NCBI GenBank assembly: GCA_913043225.1 | Contig: CAJWLU010000032.1 | Coordinates: forward strand, 1 to 31,235 | Source: an uncultured Acidobacteriota bacterium | GTDB lineage: Bacteria > Acidobacteriota > Vicinamibacteria > Vicinamibacterales > UBA8438 | Direction of reading: 5' to 3' | Length of the DNA stretch: 31,235 nt | Part shown: positions 18,846-27,017 of the stretch, one piece after another | Layout: the number at the start of each line of letters is the position of its first letter | Position numbering within the stretch: position 1 is the stretch's first letter | The notes under the pieces: model-generated | The model's database searches: none | Told to the model about the DNA's origin: nothing | The model's input: only the letters and a program-made list of their open reading frames with translations | Made by a program: the position numbers and the translations under genes

Positions 18846-18883
18846 CACTACACAATGGACGTCAGCCAGCTGGCTCCATGCGA

Positions 18884-18892
18884 TGCTATAAT
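18884..18892 (+). promoter_or_regulatory. Extended -10 promoter for the E1 gene
   Basis: TGCTATAAT (perfect TGnTATAAT) about 65 bp upstream of ATG 18958. Confidence 0.65.
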
Positions 18893-18957
18893 CTACAGGT
18901 CATGTGGGCTCGCGGTCGGATTCTCGGAGCACACCCAGCTCGCAGGACTCCGCCATC

Positions 18958-21084
18958 ATGAAAGGTTCGACGGTCTCCCAGGACGCTAATAGTGCGTCCA
19001 GCTCGCCGGCGTACGAAGGCCTCTCCCGCGACGACCTGATGCGGTTCTACCGCACGATGTTGCTGTCGAGACGGCTCGACGACAAAGAGATCCAGCTGAA
19101 GAACCAGAGCCGCAGCTACTTCCAGATCAGTGCGGCCGGACACGAAGCCATTCAGACCGCGGTGGGGATGCATATGCGTCCCGGACAAGATTGGTTCTTC
19201 CCGTACTACCGGGACCGCGCACTCTGCCTCGCGCTCGGCTACAGCTCCTACGATATGCTGCTTGGGGCGGTCGGAGCCGCCGATGACCCCAGTTCTGGCG
19301 GACGTCAGATGCCGGCTCACTGGAGCCGCCCCGACCTCAATCTGGTGTCGCCATCGAGCGCAGTGGCCACCCAGTGCCTTCATGGCATCGGTGCGGCCGA
19401 AGCGTGTCAGTACTACGTGCAGTTCCCCGAACTGGGTCACTGCGGCAACGATGATGTGGTGTTGGTCTCGCTCGGAGACGGGGGAACCAGCGAAGGCGAG
19501 TTCTGGGAGTCCCTCAACACTGCATGTACCCGCCGTCTGCCCGTGCTCTACCTAGTGCAGGACAACGGCTACGCCATCTCGGTCCCGGTCGAGATTCAGA
19601 CCCCGGGCGGTGACATCACCCGCCTGGTTTCGTCATTCCCTGGTCTGGAAGTGATTTCCGTCGACGGAACCGATCTCGTCGCTAGCTATGGTGCAGTCAG
19701 TCGCGCGCTGGAGTACGCGCGTAGCGGTCGAGGCCCCGTCTTACTCAAGGCAAGCGTCGTACGGCTCTACTCCCACTCGATGTCCGACGACGAGCGGCAA
19801 TACAGGAGCGAGGCGGAGCAGAAAGCAGACGAAGCGCGAGACCCGCTGCGCCAGTGCCGCGCCTTCCTGTTCGAAGAGAATCTGGCCGATGAGTCGACGC
19901 TCGCAGAGCTCGCCAATGAAGTAGACGCCGAAGTGCAGGAAGCCGCGGATCGTGCGCTAGCCGCGGCGACGCCCGAGCCATCGACCGCGCTCCGCTACCT
20001 CTACTCTCCCAGTGTGGATCCGACAAGCGCACAGTTCGACGTCGCCGGGGAACCTGCCGGCGATCCGATCACAATGGTCACGGCCATCAACCGAACACTT
20101 CACGACGAGATGGAACACAATCCCCGAATTCTGACGTTCGGGGAAGATATCGCGGACTGCAGTCGGGCCGAGGCACTCACCAGCGTGCCGGGCAAGGGCG
20201 GCGTCTTCAAGGCGACCCTCGGGCTACAGCGCACCTACGGGCGAGAACGGGTTTTCAATTCTCCTCTCGCCGAAGCGAACATCGTGGGTCGAGCGATCGG
20301 CATGGCCGTCCGCGGGCTCAAGCCTGTGGTCGAGATTCAGTTCTTCGACTACATCTGGCCGGCAATGATGCAGATTCGTGACGAGTTGACGATGTTGCGG
20401 TATCGCTCGAACAACGCGTTCAGCTGTCCGTTGGTCATCCGAGCCCCGATTGGCGGATACCTTCGGGGAGGCTCGCTCTACCATAGCCAGTCGGGAGAGA
20501 GCATCTTTGCCCATTGCCCCGGCCTGCGGATCGTCTATCCCTCGAACGCATCCGACGCGGCCGGACTGCTCCGAACCTCGCTGCGTTGTGATGATCCGGT
20601 GCTCTTTCTCGAGCACAAGCATCTCTATCGCCAGACCTACAACAGGGGGCTCTACGCCGGCGCTGACCATCGAATTCCGTTCGGACAAGCGCAGGTGCAG
20701 CGGAACGGTACCGATGTCGCCGTCATCACCTGGGGCGCGCTCGTCCAACGCACCCTCCTCGCCGCAGAGCGCGCCGCCCAGCGAGGCGTCAGCGTGAAGG
20801 TCATCGACCTGCGTACCATCGCCCCGTACGACTGGGACGCCATTAGATGCGCGGTCACTGAGACCAGCCGGGTGGTGGTCGCTCACGAGGACCAGCTCAC
20901 GTGTGGGTTTGGGGCCGAGATCGCGGCCAGAATCGCTGATGAGCTTTTCGAGCATCTGGATGCGCCCGTCAAACGCGTCGGCGCCCTCGACTGCCCCGTG
21001 GCCTATCATCCCGACCTTGAGGCCGCCATCCTTCCTCAGACCGATGACGTGCTGCGAGTCATCAACGAGGTCAGTGAGTACTGA
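18958..21084 (+). CDS. 2-oxoacid dehydrogenase E1, fused alpha/beta (branched-chain type likely)
   Basis: Alpha: GHEA, PYYRD, GRQMPAH, GDG...EG...N...DNGYAIS TPP motif, HSMSDD. Beta: [34 protein letters not shown]. Start could be 18904. Confidence 0.92.
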   Translation: MKGSTVSQDANSASSSPAYEGLSRDDLMRFYRTMLLSRRLDDKEIQLKNQSRSYFQISAAGHEAIQTAVGMHMRPGQDWFFPYYRDRALCLALGYSSYDMLLGAVGAADDPSSGGRQMPAHWSRPDLNLVSPSSAVATQCLHGIGAAEACQYYVQFPELGHCGNDDVVLVSLGDGGTSEGEFWESLNTACTRRLPVLYLVQDNGYAISVPVEIQTPGGDITRLVSSFPGLEVISVDGTDLVASYGAVSRALEYARSGRGPVLLKASVVRLYSHSMSDDERQYRSEAEQKADEARDPLRQCRAFLFEENLADESTLAELANEVDAEVQEAADRALAAATPEPSTALRYLYSPSVDPTSAQFDVAGEPAGDPITMVTAINRTLHDEMEHNPRILTFGEDIADCSRAEALTSVPGKGGVFKATLGLQRTYGRERVFNSPLAEANIVGRAIGMAVRGLKPVVEIQFFDYIWPAMMQIRDELTMLRYRSNNAFSCPLVIRAPIGGYLRGGSLYHSQSGESIFAHCPGLRIVYPSNASDAAGLLRTSLRCDDPVLFLEHKHLYRQTYNRGLYAGADHRIPFGQAQVQRNGTDVAVITWGALVQRTLLAAERAAQRGVSVKVIDLRTIAPYDWDAIRCAVTETSRVVVAHEDQLTCGFGAEIAARIADELFEHLDAPVKRVGALDCPVAYHPDLEAAILPQTDDVLRVINEVSEY

Positions 21085-21093
21085 TCAATCGCG

Positions 21094-22104
21094 ATGAAGC
21101 CGTGGCTTCTCCCGGCGCTAGCCGGGCTCGCCGGCCTGGCCGTCACCCTACACGCGGCAGAGGTCGAGCGTCTGCGCGCGACCGGTGGGCTACCGGCCGA
21201 ACACGTCGGCCTCTTTCGTGAGCCGGCGGCATTCGAACGGCTTCCCGATGGCGATTTCGTCGTCTTCGACCGGGCGGGCCACACGGTCTACCGGGTGCCC
21301 GCCAACGGCGAAGCGCCGGCGCCGCTAGTCAACATCGGGCCGGAGTCTGGCCACATCATCGGACCGAGCGGATTCGCGCAGGCCGAGTCCCAGCTGATCG
21401 TAGCTGACGGTCCGGGCGGCCGCGAACGTGTCCAGATGTTCGGGGCCAACGGCACCCGCCTGAACGGATTCACTCTCCCAGGCATCGCGCCGCCACGGAT
21501 CACGTTTGGCACGCTGACCCTGAGCGGGGTGAGCTCAATCGACTGGACGGGTCGGACGCTGCTGATGAGCCGTCCCGAATTGGGTGGGCTCATTGCCGAG
21601 CTGAGCCCGGGGGGACGCCCAATCCGGACAATGGGCCGATTCAGGCCAACCGGTCACGAAGACGACCCGGACCTGCACCTCTCGTTAAACAGCGGGCTCC
21701 CGCTCGCTGACCCCACCGGCGGCTACTATTTCGTCTTTCATGCCGGTGTGCCGATGTTCCGGAAGTACGACGACAACGGACAGCTGCTCTTCGAACGACA
21801 CATCGAGGGTCCCGAGCTCGACGCCACCATCCAGAATCTCCCAACCGACTGGCCTGAGCGGACCGGGGCAATCGGCCTCGCCCTGCCAGTAGTGCTGCCC
21901 ACGGTTCGTACCGCCGCAGTCGACCCCGAGGGCCGACTATGGGTCTCACTGGTCGTGCCGTATACCTACGTTTACGATCAGGGTGGAAACAAGGTGCGCA
22001 CGGTCCGATTCGAAGCCGCCGGCGTCGTGACACCGAATAGCTTCTTCTTCGACGGAGGACACCATCTCCTCGTCACACCAGGCTGCTACATCTTCACCAT
22101 CTGA
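21094..22104 (+). CDS. Secreted hypothetical protein, probably beta-propeller-like
   Basis: Signal peptide (MKPWLLPALAGLAGLAVTLHA) followed by repeated blade-like segments (FVVFDR, LIVADG, ADPTGGYY, AVDPEGRLWV). Confidence 0.7.
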   Translation: MKPWLLPALAGLAGLAVTLHAAEVERLRATGGLPAEHVGLFREPAAFERLPDGDFVVFDRAGHTVYRVPANGEAPAPLVNIGPESGHIIGPSGFAQAESQLIVADGPGGRERVQMFGANGTRLNGFTLPGIAPPRITFGTLTLSGVSSIDWTGRTLLMSRPELGGLIAELSPGGRPIRTMGRFRPTGHEDDPDLHLSLNSGLPLADPTGGYYFVFHAGVPMFRKYDDNGQLLFERHIEGPELDATIQNLPTDWPERTGAIGLALPVVLPTVRTAAVDPEGRLWVSLVVPYTYVYDQGGNKVRTVRFEAAGVVTPNSFFFDGGHHLLVTPGCYIFTI

Positions 22105-22402
22105 CTCGGGTTGATGGTGTCCTTCAACTTGAAGATGGGCACTCTCTCAGAGCACGTGAACACTCGCCCGCGTCGCATGGCCATAAAGGACCACAGCGAT
22201 CGTCTGCGCAACCACCGCAGGTCGAAACCGTCCCCCCTCCGGGGGAGGGCAACAGGAAGACGGTCTCCAACAAGCTCATCTCCCGGACCAGCCCCAGCAT
22301 CCACTGCTCCGAAGCCGGTCTGGCGAGGACGCCGGCGAACGCCGGATTGCCGCCGAATCGCTCGCTCGTGAACGTATCCACCTGAGTGATGACCTGTCCC
22401 AC
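22105..22402 (-). pseudogene. PhzF-family (isomerase/epimerase) truncated pseudogene
   Basis: Three frames rebuild the PhzF N-terminus: QVDTFTSERFGGNPA...REMSLLETVFL / DGFDLRW / LYGHATRASVHVL*ES (usually LCGHATLA.AHVLWE). Only about a third of the gene remains. Confidence 0.85.
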
Positions 22403-22453
22403 CTCGACACTCCAGACCCAAATCGAGCAGCCAATTCGCCACTCGTGGCACGG

Positions 22454-22483
22454 TTGCCTTGGCCCACTTCAGACTGCTATGAT
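22454..22483 (+). promoter_or_regulatory. Putative promoter of the Fo cluster
   Basis: TTGCCT (22454-22459), 18 bp, TATGAT (22478-22483) with extended TG at 22475-22476. Confidence 0.5.
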
Positions 22484-22538
22484 CATGTGTTTCCCGAGGG
22501 CGGGAAACAGCGCCCGTATCAACTCGGGCGCGTATGGC

Positions 22539-22784
22539 ATGCCCGATCCAAGCGAACATTTTCTCGAAAGATCCTTCGGGGCTTTGCAGGAGAATGTCCG
22601 CCGCGCTGGACCGGCCGCGACGGCCGGCTACACCTTGATTGCCGCGATCCTGCTACTGGGAGGCGCAGGATACATGGTCGATCGATGGGTCGGCACGGCA
22701 TCGCCTTGGTTTCTACTCGCCGGCATGCTGGTGGGTCTCGTGGTCGGCTTCTACGAGCTGGCCAAGACGGTGTGGAAACCGTGA
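22539..22784 (+). CDS. atpZ: AtpZ/AtpQ-family small membrane protein
   Basis: Two TMs with GY.VDRW.GT..PWF.L.G...G...GFY pattern; first gene of the Fo cluster; start set at ATG 22539. Confidence 0.8.
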   Translation: MPDPSEHFLERSFGALQENVRRAGPAATAGYTLIAAILLLGGAGYMVDRWVGTASPWFLLAGMLVGLVVGFYELAKTVWKP

Positions 22785-23158
22785 AGCTATCGGCGATGTT
22801 GGTGGTTGGATGCGTCGCGACTTGGGGGTTGTTCACGGCGTTTCTGATGCCGGAGGCAGCGACGGCCACGTTCCTGGGCATGTTGGCACCGCTTGTGGTG
22901 GGCGTGGGCACGGTGTTGCTGGTCGAACACACCGCTCGGACCGACCTCGAGCGGCTAACCGCCAGCTTGGCGGTGGCCTTCTTCGCGAAGGTCCTGTTCT
23001 ACGGCGGTTATGTCGGAGTCGTCGTCGGGTTGCTGAAGGTGGAGCCTATACCGTTCGTCGCCAGCTTTACCGCGTATTTCGTCGTGCTCCAGTTCACCGA
23101 GGCCCTCTGCTTCAAGACCATATTCACCGGGACCGGCCAAAGCGCCGCTTCCCATTAG
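22781..23158 (+). CDS. AtpI-like 4-TM protein
   Basis: GTG overlapping the atpZ stop (GTGA); four hydrophobic segments; directly upstream of atpB. Confidence 0.7.
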   Translation: MKLSAMLVVGCVATWGLFTAFLMPEAATATFLGMLAPLVVGVGTVLLVEHTARTDLERLTASLAVAFFAKVLFYGGYVGVVVGLLKVEPIPFVASFTAYFVVLQFTEALCFKTIFTGTGQSAASH

Positions 23159-23198
23159 CCCACACCGTTATCACTGCTCGTTCACCGTCACAACGACC

Positions 23199-24173
23199 AT
23201 GAGCGCCGCACAACACGCTGAAACTGCGCAGCACGCTGGCGACCACACCGAAAACGCCACCCACGGGGCGGAGGAAGGATTCGATGCTGGCACAGTCATC
23301 ATCGAACACGTTTCGAACAGCTCGCACGACCACCCCGTCCTTCACTTACCCCACATCGAAATCGCAGGCATAGATTTCTCCATCACCAAGCACGTAATGA
23401 TGATGTGGCTGGTGGCGGGATTCCTCTTCCTGATCATCACCATGACGACCCGGCGGTTTCTGGCTCAGGAACGCCCCATCCCGACCGGGCTGATGACGGG
23501 ACTCGAGTGGCTGGTGCAGAGCATCCGCGACTCGATCGTGTTGCCCAACGTGGGTGCCAAGTGGGTCAACACCTGGACCCCCGTGATCTTGACGCTGTTC
23601 CTATTCATCCTGATGTGTAACGCCGTCGGGCTGATTCCGATCTTCGAGGTTTTCGGACTGGTGGACCGCTACGTACTCGGAAACGGGTATTCGGCGGACT
23701 CGATGATCAACAGCGTGCTACACGGCGGCACGACCGCCACGGCGAACTACAACGTCACTGCCGCGCTGGCGACCATCACGTTCTTCTCGATCATGATCGC
23801 CGGCACGATGGCTCACGGGTTCATTCATCACTGGAAGAACCTGGTGCCGCCTGGACTGGCCTGGCCTGTCTATATCCTGCTGATTCCCATTGAGTTCATG
23901 GGTCTGTTCGTGAAGCCCTTCGCCTTGACGATGCGTCTCGCCGCCAACATGACCGGCGGCCACATCGCCATCCTCTCGATCCTGTCCCTGGTGTTCATCT
24001 TCACCCAGGTGTTCGAGAGCGCTGCATTGGGCGTGGGAGTCGGATTCACGGTCGCCGTACCGCTCGCCGTCGGCATCTCCGCGCTGGAGATCATCGTCGT
24101 GATGGTGCAGGCGTATGTGTTCACACTTCTGACTTCGGTGTTCATCGGCATGGCCATCAACGTGCATCACTAG
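23199..24173 (+). CDS. atpB: ATP synthase Fo subunit a
   Basis: DFSITKHV, TATANYNVT..LA, KPFALTMRLAANMTGGH (essential Arg), EIIV..VQAYVFTLL; His-rich N-terminus. Confidence 0.95.
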   Translation: MSAAQHAETAQHAGDHTENATHGAEEGFDAGTVIIEHVSNSSHDHPVLHLPHIEIAGIDFSITKHVMMMWLVAGFLFLIITMTTRRFLAQERPIPTGLMTGLEWLVQSIRDSIVLPNVGAKWVNTWTPVILTLFLFILMCNAVGLIPIFEVFGLVDRYVLGNGYSADSMINSVLHGGTTATANYNVTAALATITFFSIMIAGTMAHGFIHHWKNLVPPGLAWPVYILLIPIEFMGLFVKPFALTMRLAANMTGGHIAILSILSLVFIFTQVFESAALGVGVGFTVAVPLAVGISALEIIVVMVQAYVFTLLTSVFIGMAINVHH

Positions 24174-24223
24174 ACGGCCTCAATCTTCGCAATCGACTCA
24201 CTCATACGGAGGACAACACTCAC

Positions 24224-24448
24224 ATGGAGCTCATTTACATCGTCGGCGTTGCGATCGGCCTGGGGATGGTCGTCATCGGTGCGGCCTACGGCATCGGGAC
24301 CTTCACGGCCGCCGCGGCCCAGAGCATCGCCCGCCAGCCGTCGGCTGCCGCGCAGATCACCGGCGCAGTAAACCTGCCGCTGTTCCTGCTCGAAGGAGTG
24401 GCTATTCTGGCCGAGGTGTTCATCTTCATCGTGGTCCTAATGCGGTAG
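24224..24448 (+). CDS. atpE: ATP synthase Fo subunit c (atypical)
   Basis: Helical hairpin with ARQP loop and Glu57 18 residues after the Pro; GGAGG RBS. Confidence 0.92.
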   Translation: MELIYIVGVAIGLGMVVIGAAYGIGTFTAAAAQSIARQPSAAAQITGAVNLPLFLLEGVAILAEVFIFIVVLMR

Positions 24449-24486
24449 CTTGACGCGGACACCCGCATCAAGCGAGGTAGCGTTCC

Positions 24487-24990
24487 ATGGATAATCCACT
24501 GGTCCAACCCGATCCAGGGCTCTTCTTCTGGACCATCCTGACGTTTCTGACCCTGGTCTTCCTGCTCAAGAAGTTTGCTTGGGGCCCCTTGCTCAAGGCG
24601 CTCGAAGAGCGGCAGGAGACGATTCGCACGGCGCTCGATGACGCGGAGCAAGCCAAGCAGGAACTGACACGCCTGCAGAACGAGTCGGCGCAGATCATCG
24701 CCGAAGCCAGAGCCGAGGCTCAGTCGATCGTGACCAAGAGCCGAGCCGAGGCCGAACGGGTGCGCGAGGATCTGAAGGAAAAGGCGAAGAACGAAGCTGA
24801 CGCGATACTGAAGAACGCGGAGCGCCAGATCCATCTCGAAACGGATCGCGCCGTGCAACAGATCCGTCAAGAGGTGGTCGAGCTGTCGCTGAACGTCGCG
24901 TCCAAGCTGATCCGGAAGAACCTGACCCAGGAAGATAACGACGCTCTGATTCAGGAGTCGCTGAGTCAGATCGAGTCGTCCCGGCACTGA
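24487..24990 (+). CDS. atpF: ATP synthase Fo subunit b
   Basis: PDPGLFFWTILTFL..V.LL.KFAWGP....LEER...I...L TM followed by a long coiled coil. Confidence 0.95.
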   Translation: MDNPLVQPDPGLFFWTILTFLTLVFLLKKFAWGPLLKALEERQETIRTALDDAEQAKQELTRLQNESAQIIAEARAEAQSIVTKSRAEAERVREDLKEKAKNEADAILKNAERQIHLETDRAVQQIRQEVVELSLNVASKLIRKNLTQEDNDALIQESLSQIESSRH

Positions 24991-24994
24991 ATAT

Positions 24995-25047
24995 TGCGAT
25001 GGGGCTTCGCCCCAAACCCCACGCCGGGCATGTGGGGCCCCATCGCA
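24995..25047. repeat. REP-like palindromic element just downstream of atpF
   Basis: TGCGATGGGGC (24995-25005) / GCCCCATCGCA (25037-25047) perfect 11 bp inverted repeat, overlapping GGGGC-TTC-GCCCC-AAA-CCCC. Confidence 0.55.
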
Positions 25048-25547
25048 TAGCCGCCTTGCGGGGCAGCGCCCAGCCAGCGCCAGCAGACGCAACGTTGGCT
25101 CAAGTCAAACCTCGGTCCGTAGGTTTGGCCGTGCGCTCTAGACAGGCTCGGTATTCACCAGACTGCTGGTGGTGCGAGCTGTCGTGATCGGGCAACCTAC
25201 CTTCCCCACTTGACCGCCACGGATTTGACAGCCCAGGAACGGGACATGATTTCGACAAGGGCCACTCAATCCGAGCAGCGTCACGTGTCGTGGTCTGCTC
25301 GCCTCACTGCTGTCCCGTGTGTGTACGTGAGTAATGGACTTGCCCAGGGGACATTCCCAGCGATCCCCTTCGCCGTCCCCGCGTCCGGCGCTGCGCAAGC
25401 TAGCAGGCCACGCCTTTCCGGGGTCTCCATCCCATTCGATACGTCGATCTGGGTACCGCCGTTTCGCGTTTCGGGTAGTGCGCTGACGCCCACAGGGGCC
25501 TGAAGCCCGTAGAGAGAAGCCTGTAACTCAGGATACCCGAGCGAGCG

Positions 25548-27017
25548 TTATCGCAGTGTGATCGAGGCGATCCCGTCGAGGCTGCGCGCCGCAGCTTCGG
25601 CGTGCTCAAACAGGAACTGGGGATAGACCCCGAAGACGACGGTGCCAAACAGTGCAACGCCCAGGGCGACCGACATGGCGGGGCCGATGGTGAGCGGCGA
25701 GCCGACGCCCTCTTCTTCGTTGATCCACATGAAGACCACGACGCGAAGGTAGTAGTAAAGGGACACAGCACTGTTGGCCACAGCGATAACCGCCAGCCAA
25801 ATGAAGCCGGCGTCGATCGTCGCGCCGAACAACCAGACCTTCCCCATGAAGCCTGCCGTGGGCGGAATACCACCCAGCGAGAGCATGAAGAACAGCATGG
25901 CGAACGCCACGATCGGACTGCGCTTCGAGAGACCGTTCAGATCCTTCAGCTCCTCGCCGATGATGTCGCTACGACGCATCATCGTGATCACCGCGAACGC
26001 GCCGAGCTGCATGAACACGTAGACGCCCAGGTAGACGAGCATCGCCGCCACACCTCGCTCGGTACCAACCACCACGCCCATCAGGAGATACCCCGCATGG
26101 GCAATCGACGAGTAGGCGAGCATCCGCTTGAGGTTGCTCTGCGTCAACGCCGCGATATTGCCGACCGTCATGGTCACCACCGCGAGCGCGTAGAAGAGCA
26201 TCGTCCACTCGGCGCCGACGGCAGGCAGACCCTCGATGAAGATCCGGATCAGCATGGCGAACGACGCCGCCTTGGACCCGACCGACAGATACGCCGTGAC
26301 GGGAGTGGGCGCGCCTTCATAAACGTCAGGGGCCCACATGTGGAACGGCACCGCGGCGATCTTGAAGCCCATGCCGGCGCCCACAAGCACGACGCCGAGG
26401 ATGACCACCAGGCTTGGAGACGCCCCACCCAGTGCAGCGGCGATGCCGGACAGATGCGTGGTACCAGTCGCCCCGTAGAGCAGAGACATGCCATAAAGCA
26501 GCACACCTAGCGAGAACGCACCGAGAAGAAAGTACTTGACCGCCGCTTCATTCGAACGCGGATTCGGCTTCAGGAAACCGGCCAGGATGTAGAACGACAC
26601 GGCCATCGTTTCCAGACCGATGAACAGGGTGATGAGGTCGAGCCCACTCGACATAAACATCATGCCTAGCGCAGCACAGAGAATCAGGAAGTAGTACTCT
26701 CCCGCCTGGATCCCTTCCGTCTTCAGGTAGGGAGACGACATCAATAGGGTCAGTGCCGCCGACAGCAACACGACCACCTTAAAGAACGCCGCGAACCCAT
26801 CTATGGCGAGCAACCCCCGAGATGCCGTGACGTCAAGCCCCGCAAACGAAACCACCACCGCCAGAGTGGCTCCTACAGTCGCCAGAGCCGCCACGAGCAG
26901 TAACCCATCCTGCTTCGGTGTCAGCACGGACAGCATCAGAACGAGCAACGCCCCGCCTGTGAGCAGCAGCTCTGGCAGGATGTAGTAAAAATCAGCAGCA
27001 GAGAAACCAGCTGGCAT
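25548..27017 (-). CDS. nuoN: NADH-quinone oxidoreductase subunit N
   Basis: GEYY, GLETM, EAAVKYF, GFKIAAVPFHMWAPDVYEGAP, KRMLAYSSIAHAGY, SLGGIPP. Confidence 0.96.
   Translation of the reverse strand: MPAGFSAADFYYILPELLLTGGALLVLMLSVLTPKQDGLLLVAALATVGATLAVVVSFAGLDVTASRGLLAIDGFAAFFKVVVLLSAALTLLMSSPYLKTEGIQAGEYYFLILCAALGMMFMSSGLDLITLFIGLETMAVSFYILAGFLKPNPRSNEAAVKYFLLGAFSLGVLLYGMSLLYGATGTTHLSGIAAALGGASPSLVVILGVVLVGAGMGFKIAAVPFHMWAPDVYEGAPTPVTAYLSVGSKAASFAMLIRIFIEGLPAVGAEWTMLFYALAVVTMTVGNIAALTQSNLKRMLAYSSIAHAGYLLMGVVVGTERGVAAMLVYLGVYVFMQLGAFAVITMMRRSDIIGEELKDLNGLSKRSPIVAFAMLFFMLSLGGIPPTAGFMGKVWLFGATIDAGFIWLAVIAVANSAVSLYYYLRVVVFMWINEEEGVGSPLTIGPAMSVALGVALFGTVVFGVYPQFLFEHAEAAARSLDGIASITLR

Noticed and set aside
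22446..22457. Sigma54-like TGGCAC-GG-TTGC
   Set aside because: Spacer is 2 nt; -24/-12 promoters need 5.
22539..24990. N-type (Na+) ATPase operon
   Set aside because: No atpD/atpC upstream or atpA/atpG downstream, and c lacks the ESTxxY motif and helix-1 Glu/Gln.
25236..25262. tmRNA-like 5' motif (GATTTCGAC)
   Set aside because: No GGGG acceptor stem at the right distance and no T-arm/CCA 3' end downstream.
25138..25503. Short ORFs in the atpF-nuoN gap
   Set aside because: No recognisable similarity, clear RBS or typical composition.
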